DNA of 63,498 nt, filler included. It is 9 parts of 9 records of this genome, joined end to end, with 100 filler letters (N's around TTAATTAATTAA, not from the genome) between each part and the next. Parts side by side here need not be neighbours in the genome. Positions count along the whole stretch, not along the records: positions 43,592 to 48,802 come from SRR31147125_57840; positions 48,903 to 57,788 come from SRR31147125_57842; 7 more parts are not named here. One strand, given 5' to 3'. Numbering within the stretch: the first letter of the stretch is position 1; each line of letters opens with the position of its first letter. The notes below the pieces were generated by a model, which did not search any database, was not told the DNA's origin, and worked only from the letters and a program-made list of their open reading frames with translations. The translations under genes were made by a program, and so were the position numbers. Shown piece by piece: positions 44,980 through 54,792 of this stretch.

Positions 44980-45615
44980 TTATTTTGTTACTATTACTTT
45001 CGCGTATCTAAGTACTTTTTCGCCTTTTATATAGCCCTTCTGAGCTACCATCTTTACAATACCTTCCTCTTCACCTTCTTCTTTATCAACCTGCAAAATA
45101 GCTTCGTGATAATTGTGGTCAAAAGGTTTGCCTGTTGCTTCAATTTCCAAAACTTCCATTGAGCCTAATGTATCTACAAAGAGTTTCGAAAGATTAACAA
45201 CGCCTTTTACAAAATCATTCTCTTCCAAGTCTTCTGGCACATTGGCAAGCGCCAAATCAAAATTATCTAGCACTGGTAGAATCTTTGTTATAGCATCATT
45301 ACTTCCGTTTGAAAAACTAGAACTAACTTCCGCATTCTTTCTTTTTCTAAAGTTATCAAACTCTGCTCTTTCTTTTTTAAGATGAATCAAATATTCATCC
45401 TTTTCTTTAGAAAGTTTTTCGTTTTGTTTTTCAAGCTCTTTTATTTTTTCTAATTTCTTAGCAACTTTAGAGCTTTTTTTATCATTACTTTCATCTTTTT
45501 CTTGTGTTTCTTTTTGTTCTTCTTGCGTTTCTTGTTCTGTATCCTCTTGCAAAGTCATCTCGTCTTCTTCAAAAATTATATCTGCAAGCTTTTTTTCGTT
45601 ATCCATTTCAACCAC
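44980..45615 (-). CDS. grpE: nucleotide exchange factor GrpE
   Basis: AEFDNFRKR, LPVLDNF, FDHNYHEA, QKGY...VLR.AKV. Confidence 0.96.
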   Translation of the reverse strand: MVEMDNEKKLADIIFEEDEMTLQEDTEQETQEEQKETQEKDESNDKKSSKVAKKLEKIKELEKQNEKLSKEKDEYLIHLKKERAEFDNFRKRKNAEVSSSFSNGSNDAITKILPVLDNFDLALANVPEDLEENDFVKGVVNLSKLFVDTLGSMEVLEIEATGKPFDHNYHEAILQVDKEEGEEEGIVKMVAQKGYIKGEKVLRYAKVIVTK

Positions 45616-45635
45616 CTTCTATATCATTAAAAAAT

Positions 45636-46676
45636 TTAATCTTTATCACTTTCACAAAAACCATCCAGTATGCCATTAAGGCTCTTTCCTACATGGTCTA
45701 ATATCGTAACAACTCTAGAATAATCCATTCTAGTTGGGCCAATTACTCCAAACGATCCAAGCTTTTTATCTCCGACCTTATATGTTGCAGTAACAACGCT
45801 ACAATCTTTCATTTCATCTTTCTCGTTTTCTTTTCCAATAGATATAGAAAACTCAACGTTTGTCGCTTGATCTAATACATCATATAATACTTCTTTAGTT
45901 TCCAATATTTCTAAAAAGCCTTTGGCCTTATCAATATCTTGATACTCAGGGTAGTTAAATATATTATTTGCACCACCAAGGACAATATCTTTTTTTGTAT
46001 GGCTTATTGCAGTATCATGCAGCGAAGCTAGCAATGATTTAAACAATTTTTCATGCCCTTGCATCTCTTCTTTAAACACTTTTTCAATTATCTCATTTGC
46101 CTCCATAAGCGGCTCATCTTGAAGATTCTCGCTTAGCATATGCGAAAGCATTTCCAAATACTCTTCTTCTATATCTTTCGAAGCTTTTATAACCTTTTGT
46201 TTAACCATTCCAGTGGAGGTTATTATCAAAACCAAAACTTTCGCTTCCGAAAGCTTTACTAGTTGTATTCTTTTTACAACAGCAGTTTTAAGTTGTGGTC
46301 TTAATACTACTGATATATGATTTGTAGCTTTAGAGATAACATCCGCAGTCTTTTCAATCATTTCATTAATCTGCGTCATCTTATTATCAAAAATAATGCT
46401 TATCTCTTTTGCTTCATCTTCATTAAGCCTAGTTATTGGCATAAGCTTATCAACATATAATCTGTATGCAATATCGGAAGGTATTCTGCCAGAAGATGTA
46501 TGAGGCTGCATAAGATATCCAAGCTCTTCAAGGTCAGCCATATCATTACGAATCGTGGCTGGACTTACCTTAATATCCTCTTTTTTAGATAGAGTTCTAG
46601 ACCCAACAGGAATTCCAGTTAAAATATAATCATCTATAATAGCTTTTAGAATCTTTTGTTTTCTTTCGTCTAGCAT
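45636..46676 (-). CDS. hrcA: heat-inducible repressor HrcA
   Basis: PVGSRTL, SPATIRNDMADLE, PHTSSGRIPS, GVIGPTRMDY. Confidence 0.97.
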   Translation of the reverse strand: MLDERKQKILKAIIDDYILTGIPVGSRTLSKKEDIKVSPATIRNDMADLEELGYLMQPHTSSGRIPSDIAYRLYVDKLMPITRLNEDEAKEISIIFDNKMTQINEMIEKTADVISKATNHISVVLRPQLKTAVVKRIQLVKLSEAKVLVLIITSTGMVKQKVIKASKDIEEEYLEMLSHMLSENLQDEPLMEANEIIEKVFKEEMQGHEKLFKSLLASLHDTAISHTKKDIVLGGANNIFNYPEYQDIDKAKGFLEILETKEVLYDVLDQATNVEFSISIGKENEKDEMKDCSVVTATYKVGDKKLGSFGVIGPTRMDYSRVVTILDHVGKSLNGILDGFCESDKD

Positions 46677-46698
46677 ATCCCTCTCCTAATTCTATTTA

Positions 46699-46725
46699 TT
46701 AGCACTCAATCCGCCCGAGTGCTAA
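46699..46725. promoter_or_regulatory. CIRCE operator
   Basis: TTAGCACTC-AATCCGCCC-GAGTGCTAA, perfect consensus upstream of hrcA. Confidence 0.97.
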
Positions 46726-46735
46726 TAACAATAAT

Positions 46736-46764
46736 AAAATAGCATATATATTCCCGCGTGTCAA
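46736..46764 (-). promoter_or_regulatory. sigmaA promoter of the hrcA operon
   Basis: Minus strand TTGACA (46764-46759), 17-bp spacer, TGnTATTTT. Confidence 0.6.
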
Positions 46765-46899
46765 TTAATTTAATGACAGTTTTACCTCTTTTACACTTTG
46801 TTAATATTCTATGCTTTTTAGTTATATTTATCATTGAACTTTCAAACAAATCTATATATTTAAACCATAAAAACTCAAGCACTGTATTAAAATAAACAC

Positions 46900-46932
46900 A
46901 AAAAAAGCCAAGGTAATATATCCTCGGCTTTT
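46900..46932 (-). terminator. terminator after the surface-protein gene
   Basis: AAAAAAAGCCAAGG-loop-CCTCGGCTTTT. Confidence 0.65.
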
Positions 46933-46952
46933 AAAAAGTTATTTACTATTCA

Positions 46953-48551
46953 TTATTTATTTTTTCTATATAGCTTATAACCAACAAATCCTACAAGAGG
47001 TAATACCATAGCTAAAATCCATGCTATGCTTAAATCCGTAGATGTGTCTCCTGTTTTTGGAACATCTGTATTCACAATGATTGTAATAGGTGTCTGTGTA
47101 GGTGTAGGCGTTACAACAACAGTACCTTCAGTAACAAACTCTGCTGTTAATGTTGTACTGTTATAGATAACAAAATCTTCATCAGCTTCAACAAATCCTG
47201 CAAAGTCATAGCCAGAATATGCAACAATGTAACTAGCTATATCAGATATATCAACTACATCTCCAGCATTATATACCTTTTTGCTAATAGATGATTGACC
47301 TTTATTTTCAGCTACAATTGTTAAAACAACATCTCCAGCCTCAAACTCAGGATGTGGCTCAATAAGCATACTGCTTTTTCCTATCCAGTTCGACTTAAAT
47401 GTGATATATCTTGGGTTTTTAGTAGAGCTATTATCTAGCCAAGAATAAAAATCTAAACCGTCATCTGGTCTTGCTGTTAGTGCAAGTGCAGTAGGCTCAC
47501 CATCGGTATAACAAGGAACATAAATCTCTCTTGCTCCACTTTCAAAAGACTGTCCGTCAAAAACTACATCTCCACCGCTGCTTAGATTTTCGATAATGAT
47601 ATCGCCATAGGCAAACATCTCGGGTCTAATTGTAAACCTTAAGTTATCTTCTTCATCGTCTGCAGTAACAGTTTTGCCGTCAAGCTTCCAGCTCAAAGTA
47701 GATCCATCAAAATCCACTTCAAAAACATCATAGTGTCTGCCTGGTGAAAAAGTAATTGGCTGACCTTGGTTTTGACTAGATACCCCGCCGCCAAACACTT
47801 TATTTTTATTGCCTACAGAAATTATTACATCTTCATCTCCCTCTAGCATATAGCCAAAGTGCGCAGTATAGCTTCCTTTTCCGTTATCAACAACAAATTC
47901 TAAAACAGGTCTGACTTTAGGTCTAAAGTTAGCAATAATACTTTTGCTTTCGTCCATAGTAATATTAATTTCGCTGTCTTTCTCATAAATGTCGCCACCA
48001 TATGAGATAAACCTATAAATATCATCATCTGTTTCGTTTAAAGCTTTTAGCTTTACTACTGTTCCTTGGGCCATCTTAAATGTTTTTTGTGTAGTAACCG
48101 TAGTCTTTTTGCCTTCAATCTTAACTTCTACATCTCCACCATTTGTTGGCGAATTTGATACAGTAAGCTTTACAAGATCATCAAAGTCTGGAGTGATTTT
48201 GTTTACACCATTTTTATCGACACTTCTGTTTAGCTCTGTGTTTCCATATCCGTTTATAATGTCACCATCGATATTCCATTGTTTAAGAATTTTTCCGCTA
48301 TCAGCAATAGCAGTAACAGTATAAGTATCCGTTTGGTTATACATATTGTTACTTAAACTAATAGTTTTGCTTTGCCCTGACTTAAGTGTAATGCTTTTGC
48401 CTCCGCATTCAACTTCTATTTTTCCATCATCAAAGCTCCCAGCTTTAAAACTGATATCATTTGATGCTGCAAATGCATTTGTTGAAAACATTGTTAGCAC
48501 AAGTGCTAAAACCAATATGAATGCAAAAGTTTTTTTGAGATTCATTTTCAT
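46953..48551 (-). CDS. sortase-anchored cell-surface protein with InlB B-repeat-like units
   Basis: Signal peptide ending NAFA; beta-rich repeats; PT linker; VPKTG + TM + KLYRKNK sorting signal. Confidence 0.8.
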   Translation of the reverse strand: MKMNLKKTFAFILVLALVLTMFSTNAFAASNDISFKAGSFDDGKIEVECGGKSITLKSGQSKTISLSNNMYNQTDTYTVTAIADSGKILKQWNIDGDIINGYGNTELNRSVDKNGVNKITPDFDDLVKLTVSNSPTNGGDVEVKIEGKKTTVTTQKTFKMAQGTVVKLKALNETDDDIYRFISYGGDIYEKDSEINITMDESKSIIANFRPKVRPVLEFVVDNGKGSYTAHFGYMLEGDEDVIISVGNKNKVFGGGVSSQNQGQPITFSPGRHYDVFEVDFDGSTLSWKLDGKTVTADDEEDNLRFTIRPEMFAYGDIIIENLSSGGDVVFDGQSFESGAREIYVPCYTDGEPTALALTARPDDGLDFYSWLDNSSTKNPRYITFKSNWIGKSSMLIEPHPEFEAGDVVLTIVAENKGQSSISKKVYNAGDVVDISDIASYIVAYSGYDFAGFVEADEDFVIYNSTTLTAEFVTEGTVVVTPTPTQTPITIIVNTDVPKTGDTSTDLSIAWILAMVLPLVGFVGYKLYRKNK

Positions 48552-48773
48552 CTCAATGCCTCCTATTATAATAGATTTATGCGATCAAAATAAAATACTC
48601 TAATCGCACTATTTATGATGCTCAAGTTATAGGTAATTTATGAAAAATATACCTACGTACTTGTTTATTAGCTAATAAAAGTACAATTTCGACATCTACT
48701 TATGTTTATTCAGACAAAAGCAAACATATTCCTATGTTTTTGTTTTTTGATATAAAAAAAGCACCTACATATA

Positions 48774-48802
48774 TGTACTGACCCCAAAAAGTTGGACGGT
48801 AT
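48774..48802. mobile_element. terminal inverted repeat of an IS3-family (IS150-group) element, cut by the contig end
   Basis: TGTACTGACCCCAAAAAGTTGGAC, matching my recollection of IS150-group ends (5'-TG). Confidence 0.7.
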
Positions 48803-48902
48803 NNNNNNNNNNNNNNNNNNNNNNNNNNNNNNNNNNNNNNNNNNNNTTAATTAATTAANNNNNNNNNNNNNNNNNNNNNNNNNNNNNNNNNNNNNNNNNN
48901 NN
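48803..48902. other. artificial contig spacer
   Basis: N44-TTAATTAATTAA-N44. Confidence 0.99.
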
Positions 48903-48936
48903 AAAAATTCAGTCCCCTGGTATTTTGTCTGGGCAC

Positions 48937-49799
48937 TCAAAGAATCGGCATCGCTCCTTTATGGGAGCAGGCCCGCGCTGCAAGCGTGTTCGCCCTGGTG
49001 TTGATGGTGTCCAGATCCTCACCGGCCAGCAGGCTGACAAGGGTCGATGCGGTAAAGGCATCGCCGGCGCCGATTGTATCCACCAGGTTCTCGACAGCAA
49101 TTCCGGGGTGATCCGAGTGCTGTTGTGGCGCCACCAGGAGACTTCCTCCGCCTCCCGCGTCAGGGCGGCGAGTTGCAGGGAAAAGCCGGCGGTTAGCGAG
49201 CCGAGGATCTCGAGAGGGCTGCCAGATATATTCAGGAGATTGGCCACAACGGGTAGTTCGTCGTCGTTGAGCTTGAGCATATCCGCATACTCGAGGGACT
49301 GAAGGATAATCTCTTTTGAGTGAAAATTTTGCCGCAGGTTGATATCGTACACTTTGACGGACTCTGGAGGAACGAGCTCGAGAAATCGGTATATCGCCTT
49401 TTTCGAAACCTCCGATCGCTGGGCCAGGGTCCCGAAACACACTCCGTCAACTCGTGGGGCCAGCTGTAGTGACTTCTCGTTGAGCGTCAGATTGTCCCAG
49501 GCGATATTGTCCGGAAACATATATGTCGCAATTCCGTTTCCATCGATCTCGGCCCGGACATACCCTGTTTCTCTTCCTTTACTAATGGAGACGCATTCGG
49601 TTTTGAGGCCGCGCTCCTCCAGCTCCCAGAGCGCCGACCGGCCCCGCTCATCGTCACCAACGGTTGACACGAGGTATGTGTCGCCCCCGAGACGGCCTGC
49701 ATGACAGGCAAAGTTGGCCGGAGCACCGCCAAGTTCCTCGGAACTGCCAACGATGTCAAAAAGTACCTCCCCCAAGCCGACTACGACAGGTGCTGACAT
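48937..49799 (-). CDS. PfkB-family carbohydrate kinase (fructokinase-like), frameshift near 49150
   Basis: GLGEVLFD, GGAPANFA, FGTLAQR, YDINLRQ; C-terminal DTIGAGDAF in the second frame. Confidence 0.88.
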
Positions 49800-49934
49800 G
49801 GCAATAACCTCACGAATTTATCTCTGCTTACACGAATACCCGGACCGACTTCAGGCCACGATATCTGAGATTAACGCAGTCGCTGATCATTATCATCAAA
49901 GAAAAAGAGAGGGATTATGAGTAACCTTCGTACA

Positions 49935-51593
49935 TCAAGAGTGGTTGATGTTTTTCAATCCGAACGGGATACCAAGTTTTTTCATACGCTTGCGTAGCGT
50001 GCTGGGGTTGACTTGAAGTATTTCCGCTGCTCCTTCAGGGCCGCTTATCTTTCCTCTGCAGTTCTCCAGAACATGGCGGATATGGTTTGATATGATCTCG
50101 TCCAGAGGGATCAGGTGTTTTGTTGGGCTACGCATATCTCCATGTTTCTGATGTTCCAATTCCGTCACCTGCGTTTCTCCCAGAATTTCCTGCATCTGTT
50201 CTCGTATCAGTTTCTTCAGGTATCCGTCCTTTTCCCTTTCATCGACAAACCAGCCTTCATCAGAGGGCAGGTATTGTGACAAGTCGACAGGACCTGTCGG
50301 GTTCAGGGTAAGCCCTCTTTCGGCAAGATTTTTCAACTCTCGAATATTACCTGGCCAGGAGTAGCTCTGGAGCTTTCGGATCGACTGGATGTCGAGGGTA
50401 ACATCCTGGGAGAGCCCAAGTTTTTGAGAAAATTCATGAAGGAAATGATGAGTCAGAAGCGGTATGTCCTCTTTTCTTTCCCGAAGTGGTGGGAGGTTGA
50501 TCGGAAAGACATTGAGCCGGTAGAAGAGATCCTCACGGAAATTATTTTCCCTGAGCATCTGTTCGAGTGGCCGGTTGGTGGCGGCGATGATCCTGACATC
50601 AACCGGTATGGGGCTCGTTCCGCCGACTCGATCAATAACCCCCTCCTGCAGAACCCGCAAGAGTCTCACCTGCGCCTGGGGGGTGAGCTCTCCAACCTCA
50701 TCGAGGAACAGGGTCCCCCCTTCGGCCTGCTCGAATTTGCCGGCCCGGTTGCGTACCGCTCCGGTGAACGCTCCTTTCTGGTAGCCGAACAATTCACTGT
50801 CCAGAAGGGTTTCGGGGATGGCCCCGCAGTTGATTTTCACATACGCTCCGTGCCTGCGTGGGGAAACTTTCTGGATTGCATCCGCTATCATCTCCTTTCC
50901 TGTTCCCGTTTCTCCAAGAATAAGGACTGGTGTTTCCTTGCCTGCCAGCTGCTCAACCATCGCAACGGTTGAACGCAGCCCTCCCTCACGACCGATAATA
51001 ACGGTGTTTTTCAGGAGTTCCACCTCCCCGGCCAGCTGGTTCCTCTGCTGGTCCAGTCGCTGCTGCAGATCCTTGACTCGCTTGTGGTTAAGCATGTTGA
51101 CCATGGCGAGGCTGACGGGAACTCTGGCCAGTTGAAGCTTGCGGATATGTTCCTCGTTGAAACAGTTGCTCTCCGATCCGATCAGGGCGAGGTGTCCCAC
51201 CACGTCTGCCCCCACGGAGAGAATGGCGACAAGATACGCACGGTCCTGTGCGGGGAGATGATCGGCGATGGCGCGATTATGCCTGCCGGCGACCGCATTC
51301 TCCGAACTTTTCGTTGTATGGCTGATCAAATCACAGTGCTCGTGTCTGGTTAAAATCTCTACGGCTTCCTCAGACATTGGAATGAGTGTCGCAAGATCAT
51401 GAAATCCGTTGCCGGTTACCAGGAAATCCAGATGCATCGCGTTGAGCCGCGGAACGAAGCGGTGCAGGGAGATTCCTGCTATCGGGAATTCCTTTGTAAG
51501 GAAGTTGAATGTTGCCTGCAGGGATTCGGACAGTTCAACGCTGCTCGTAATCTTCGTTACCAGGTTCCGATAGAACTCATAATCGCTGTCCAT
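49935..51593 (-). CDS. sigma54-dependent activator (GAF-AAA+-HTH)
   Basis: GETGTGKE, ELFG..KGAFTGA, LFLDEVGE, WPGNIREL, C-terminal HTH. Confidence 0.95.
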   Translation of the reverse strand: MDSDYEFYRNLVTKITSSVELSESLQATFNFLTKEFPIAGISLHRFVPRLNAMHLDFLVTGNGFHDLATLIPMSEEAVEILTRHEHCDLISHTTKSSENAVAGRHNRAIADHLPAQDRAYLVAILSVGADVVGHLALIGSESNCFNEEHIRKLQLARVPVSLAMVNMLNHKRVKDLQQRLDQQRNQLAGEVELLKNTVIIGREGGLRSTVAMVEQLAGKETPVLILGETGTGKEMIADAIQKVSPRRHGAYVKINCGAIPETLLDSELFGYQKGAFTGAVRNRAGKFEQAEGGTLFLDEVGELTPQAQVRLLRVLQEGVIDRVGGTSPIPVDVRIIAATNRPLEQMLRENNFREDLFYRLNVFPINLPPLRERKEDIPLLTHHFLHEFSQKLGLSQDVTLDIQSIRKLQSYSWPGNIRELKNLAERGLTLNPTGPVDLSQYLPSDEGWFVDEREKDGYLKKLIREQMQEILGETQVTELEHQKHGDMRSPTKHLIPLDEIISNHIRHVLENCRGKISGPEGAAEILQVNPSTLRKRMKKLGIPFGLKNINHS

Positions 51594-51639
51594 TGCCAGT
51601 CTCTCCTGTGTTTGTGCCGCACCCTGAATAATTACTCTG

Positions 51640-51674
51640 TGACGAAATATATCCTATAGCACAATATTTTGTCA
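51640..51674. promoter_or_regulatory. candidate upstream activator sequence
   Basis: Inverted repeat TGACGAAATAT-N13-ATATTTTGTCA (10/11 match), 73-107 bp upstream of the -24 element. Confidence 0.5.
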
Positions 51675-51746
51675 AATATGCATAGACGCTCCTTCTGGGA
51701 ATGATGAGGGATGTGTAAGTGTATGATATCTAAGGAAGTAGCTATC

Positions 51747-51762
51747 TGGCACAAGGGTTGCA
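51747..51762 (+). promoter_or_regulatory. sigma54 (-24/-12) promoter of the rdh operon
   Basis: TGGCAC-AAGGG-TTGCA, consensus spacing. Confidence 0.88.
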
Positions 51763-51813
51763 GATTGATGGGACGAACGGCTTTGGCGAAGAAAACGAAC
51801 ATGAGGAGCACCT

Positions 51814-52761
51814 GTGATGGAAACAATCACCATACAAAAGATCTCGGGTTGGACTGAAAAGGGGCTTGCTGAAAAAATCACACGGTTCAGGACCAGGCAC
51901 GATGACTCAGGGCTTGAAACCTTCCTACTCGAGCGGATAGACGACGATGACCCCTGCTGCATCCTGTTTCGTCCGCGGTTCTGGAATGAATACGGCCTCC
52001 TGCAGATCGCGCGGTCTAGAGCAGAAGAGGCTGCCGGGTGCTTTCTTAAAGCACTTACGCTCGATTCCATCAATACCTCTGCGCTCTACAATCTGGGAAC
52101 GCTGAACATGCAGAACGGGGATGCGGCAGGAGCTCTTACATACTTCGAATCAGTTCTTTCTCACCAGCCCGAGCACTTCAACGCCCTGTTCAACACAGGA
52201 CTCTGTTTCCTCCACGATGAGCGAAAGGAAGAGGCGCTGCCTTTTCTTCTGAAAGCGGCGGATTTGAGGCCTGAGCACGGGCATACACGCTATCTGTCTG
52301 GTGAAATTCTTCTGCAACTGGGAAGAGCCGAGGAGGCGCTTTCCCATTTCAGGGCAGCCGGCAGGGATTCCCCCGATCATTTCGAGACCATGATGGGACT
52401 TGCCATATCACTGCTGAAAACCCGTACCTATGAAGAGGCTGCATCAATCTGCGACAGAGCGCTCGTCGTGTTCGGCTCGGCAACGCTTCCGCTGCAGATA
52501 AAAGGCGATGCGATGATCGGCCTGGAGAGATTTGACGAAGCGGTCATGTGCCATATGGACCTGTGCAGTCTCGATCTTGATATCCGGGATTTTGTGGTGA
52601 CCCGGCTTGCACAATTAAACGAGGAAGACCCGGGTGGGTTTACGGCGTATTCGGATGTTGTTCACGCCCAATTCCCATCATTTAAAACAATGCTGCAGAA
52701 GGCTCTCACGCACCAGGCAGGAAAGACGCTCTTTACATTCGACGAGATCAAAAAGGTATAA
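51814..52761 (+). CDS. TPR repeat protein
   Basis: Repeated ALYNLG/ALFNTG/A..F..A...P helical units; RBS GAGGAG. Confidence 0.88.
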   Translation: MMETITIQKISGWTEKGLAEKITRFRTRHDDSGLETFLLERIDDDDPCCILFRPRFWNEYGLLQIARSRAEEAAGCFLKALTLDSINTSALYNLGTLNMQNGDAAGALTYFESVLSHQPEHFNALFNTGLCFLHDERKEEALPFLLKAADLRPEHGHTRYLSGEILLQLGRAEEALSHFRAAGRDSPDHFETMMGLAISLLKTRTYEEAASICDRALVVFGSATLPLQIKGDAMIGLERFDEAVMCHMDLCSLDLDIRDFVVTRLAQLNEEDPGGFTAYSDVVHAQFPSFKTMLQKALTHQAGKTLFTFDEIKKV

Positions 52762-52780
52762 ATACGTTACGGAGGAAACC

Positions 52781-54423
52781 ATGACGGAACAAAAAAATGC
52801 GCTGGATATCGTCAACGATCCTAAGAATTACAAGAAAATTGGCGAAGAAGCGGCGGAAGACGACGCTGGGCAGGGCACATGTGGTGACGTGTCCAGGAGG
52901 AACTTTCTCAAATTTGGTGGTGCCGCGGCGGCTGCGGCAACGCTTGCGGGGGCAGGCGCTGCCGGGTTTAAAATAGGGCGATCCGACGACGCGTACACCG
53001 GCTACGGACGGACCTATCAAGGCGGTGACATGTTTTTCAACCGGGAACCATTCCGTGTAAAAACACCCGCCATGATGGAACCGGTCGCTCCCGTTGAGCG
53101 GGCCGACCGGTATGATTTCATTTTCGACCGTCTGAAAGCGCTCGTTCACCTCATGCAGTCGGGTGAGTGGAACCCGGGTATGGGGCTCGAAAAACTTCCC
53201 GGAAAAATAGGGAATATTACCGAAAGCATCCGGAGAAGTATAAAATCATGATGAATTCCCTGGAATTGCGCGCCAAAAGCCGTGAGGACTGGAACAACGG
53301 TAAACACGAACGATATACTCTCTCGGCCGCCTATACCGAGGCATTTTCCCACGGCGGCATGTATAACCGGTATGGGGCAACGATTCCGGAGGAACCGGAC
53401 GATGCGTACAAGCAGACCGGTAAACCGATCCCTCCGGAGGAGTGGGATTTCCGTCACGTCAAACGTGAAAAACCGATGGAGTTTAAATCACCCGCACACG
53501 CCACTAAACTGATAAAACGGATGGCCCATCTGTTCGGTACGTCCATTGTCGGCATCGGGAAATTCGATCCCCGCTTCATGTTCACCAACAAGATGCGCGG
53601 CATGCCGGACGGCGGCGCCGACTGGGGCGACAAGGTACCGGAGCACTGGAAGTCGATCATCGTCTTCGGCGTGCCGATGTACTGGGATCAGACCTATTCT
53701 GCCATTGGATATTGCACGAGCTACGACGCCTACTTCCGTTCACGGGTTACGGCCGGGCTTCTGGAGCGCTTTGTCAACGAGCTTGGCTACCCGGCACGCG
53801 CCCAGTTTCCGGGCTATCACTACGAGATCATGATGGAGCCGTACCTGCTTACCACCGGTCTGGGGGAATACAGCCGTTCAGGCATGGTCATGGTCCCCGA
53901 GCTCGGCTGCAATGTCCGGCCGGCAGCTGTCATTACCAATATCGACTTCGAATATGATCAGCCCATCAGTGTCAAAATGGCTGAGTTCTGCATGAAATGC
54001 AAGATCTGCGCAGAGACCTGCCCGTCCGGTGCCATCCCCTTCGATGATGAACCGACGACGGTGGTTCGCGGCTTCAAGCGCTGGAAACTCGATGACGAGA
54101 AATGCTACAGCCAGTGGGCTGCCGGACAGACGGTCGATGCACTGGGTTGCCGCGTCTGCATCGGGGTCTGCCCGTATTCCCGGAAGAATACCTGGATCCA
54201 CACACTTTCCAGGGAAATTGAACCGCGCGATCCCACCGGACTTTTCGCAGACGGCCTGCTGGCGATGCAAAAAAACTTCTTCAAGTATCCGAAAGGTCAG
54301 GACTTCCAATCGGATTGGCAGGGCGGAACAGAGGCCACGTATCATAACCCTCCGTGGTATCTCCGTGCCGAAGAGGTTTTCAAGGGTATCGATCAGACCT
54401 GGGAATATCACGGTATGGAATAA
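52781..54423 (+). CDS. rdhA: reductive dehalogenase catalytic subunit (frameshift at 53210-53212)
   Basis: Tat motif SRRNFLK; IKRMAHLFGTSIVGI, ELGYPAR, GLGEYSRSG..MVPELG.NVR; Fe-S motifs CMKCKICAETCP and C..CRVCIGVCP. Confidence 0.9.
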
Positions 54424-54475
54424 TCCCTTATCGCTTGAGAACGAATCGAAAAATATACACGTCAAGGAGAACACT

Positions 54476-54781
54476 ATGTTTCCCGAAGCAACAATACTGA
54501 ATTATCTGTTCTGGATGGCCATGGGGATTATCCAGGTCCTGGTGGTCGCAGGCGCCTATGAATGGCTGAAGCAATATAAGAAGACTGTTTCCTGGTGGCA
54601 GATGGGGTTGATGTACGGCTGTTTTCTCTCCTGCTGCCTTGTTGTCGCTGGAGGGTTCACCCTGACGGGTGAATATGAAACCCACGGAGGTATGTATTTC
54701 ATCGGATTTCTGGGGGTTCCTCACGTGATCGTCATGGCCCTGCTGGTCAAATTGTTCGTATTCAAGAAAGCAAAGGCTTAA
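54476..54781 (+). CDS. rdhB: membrane anchor of the reductive dehalogenase
   Basis: 101 aa, three hydrophobic helices, Trp-rich (VSWWQM), GEYE; RBS AAGGAG; directly after rdhA. Confidence 0.75.
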   Translation: MFPEATILNYLFWMAMGIIQVLVVAGAYEWLKQYKKTVSWWQMGLMYGCFLSCCLVVAGGFTLTGEYETHGGMYFIGFLGVPHVIVMALLVKLFVFKKAKA

Positions 54782-54792
54782 CCGCGGAGGAT

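Noticed and set aside
54029-54475. 250-aa ORF 54029-54781 as one protein overlapping rdhA
   Set aside because: Only the last 101 codons follow an RBS and look like RdhB; the rest is an off-frame extension.
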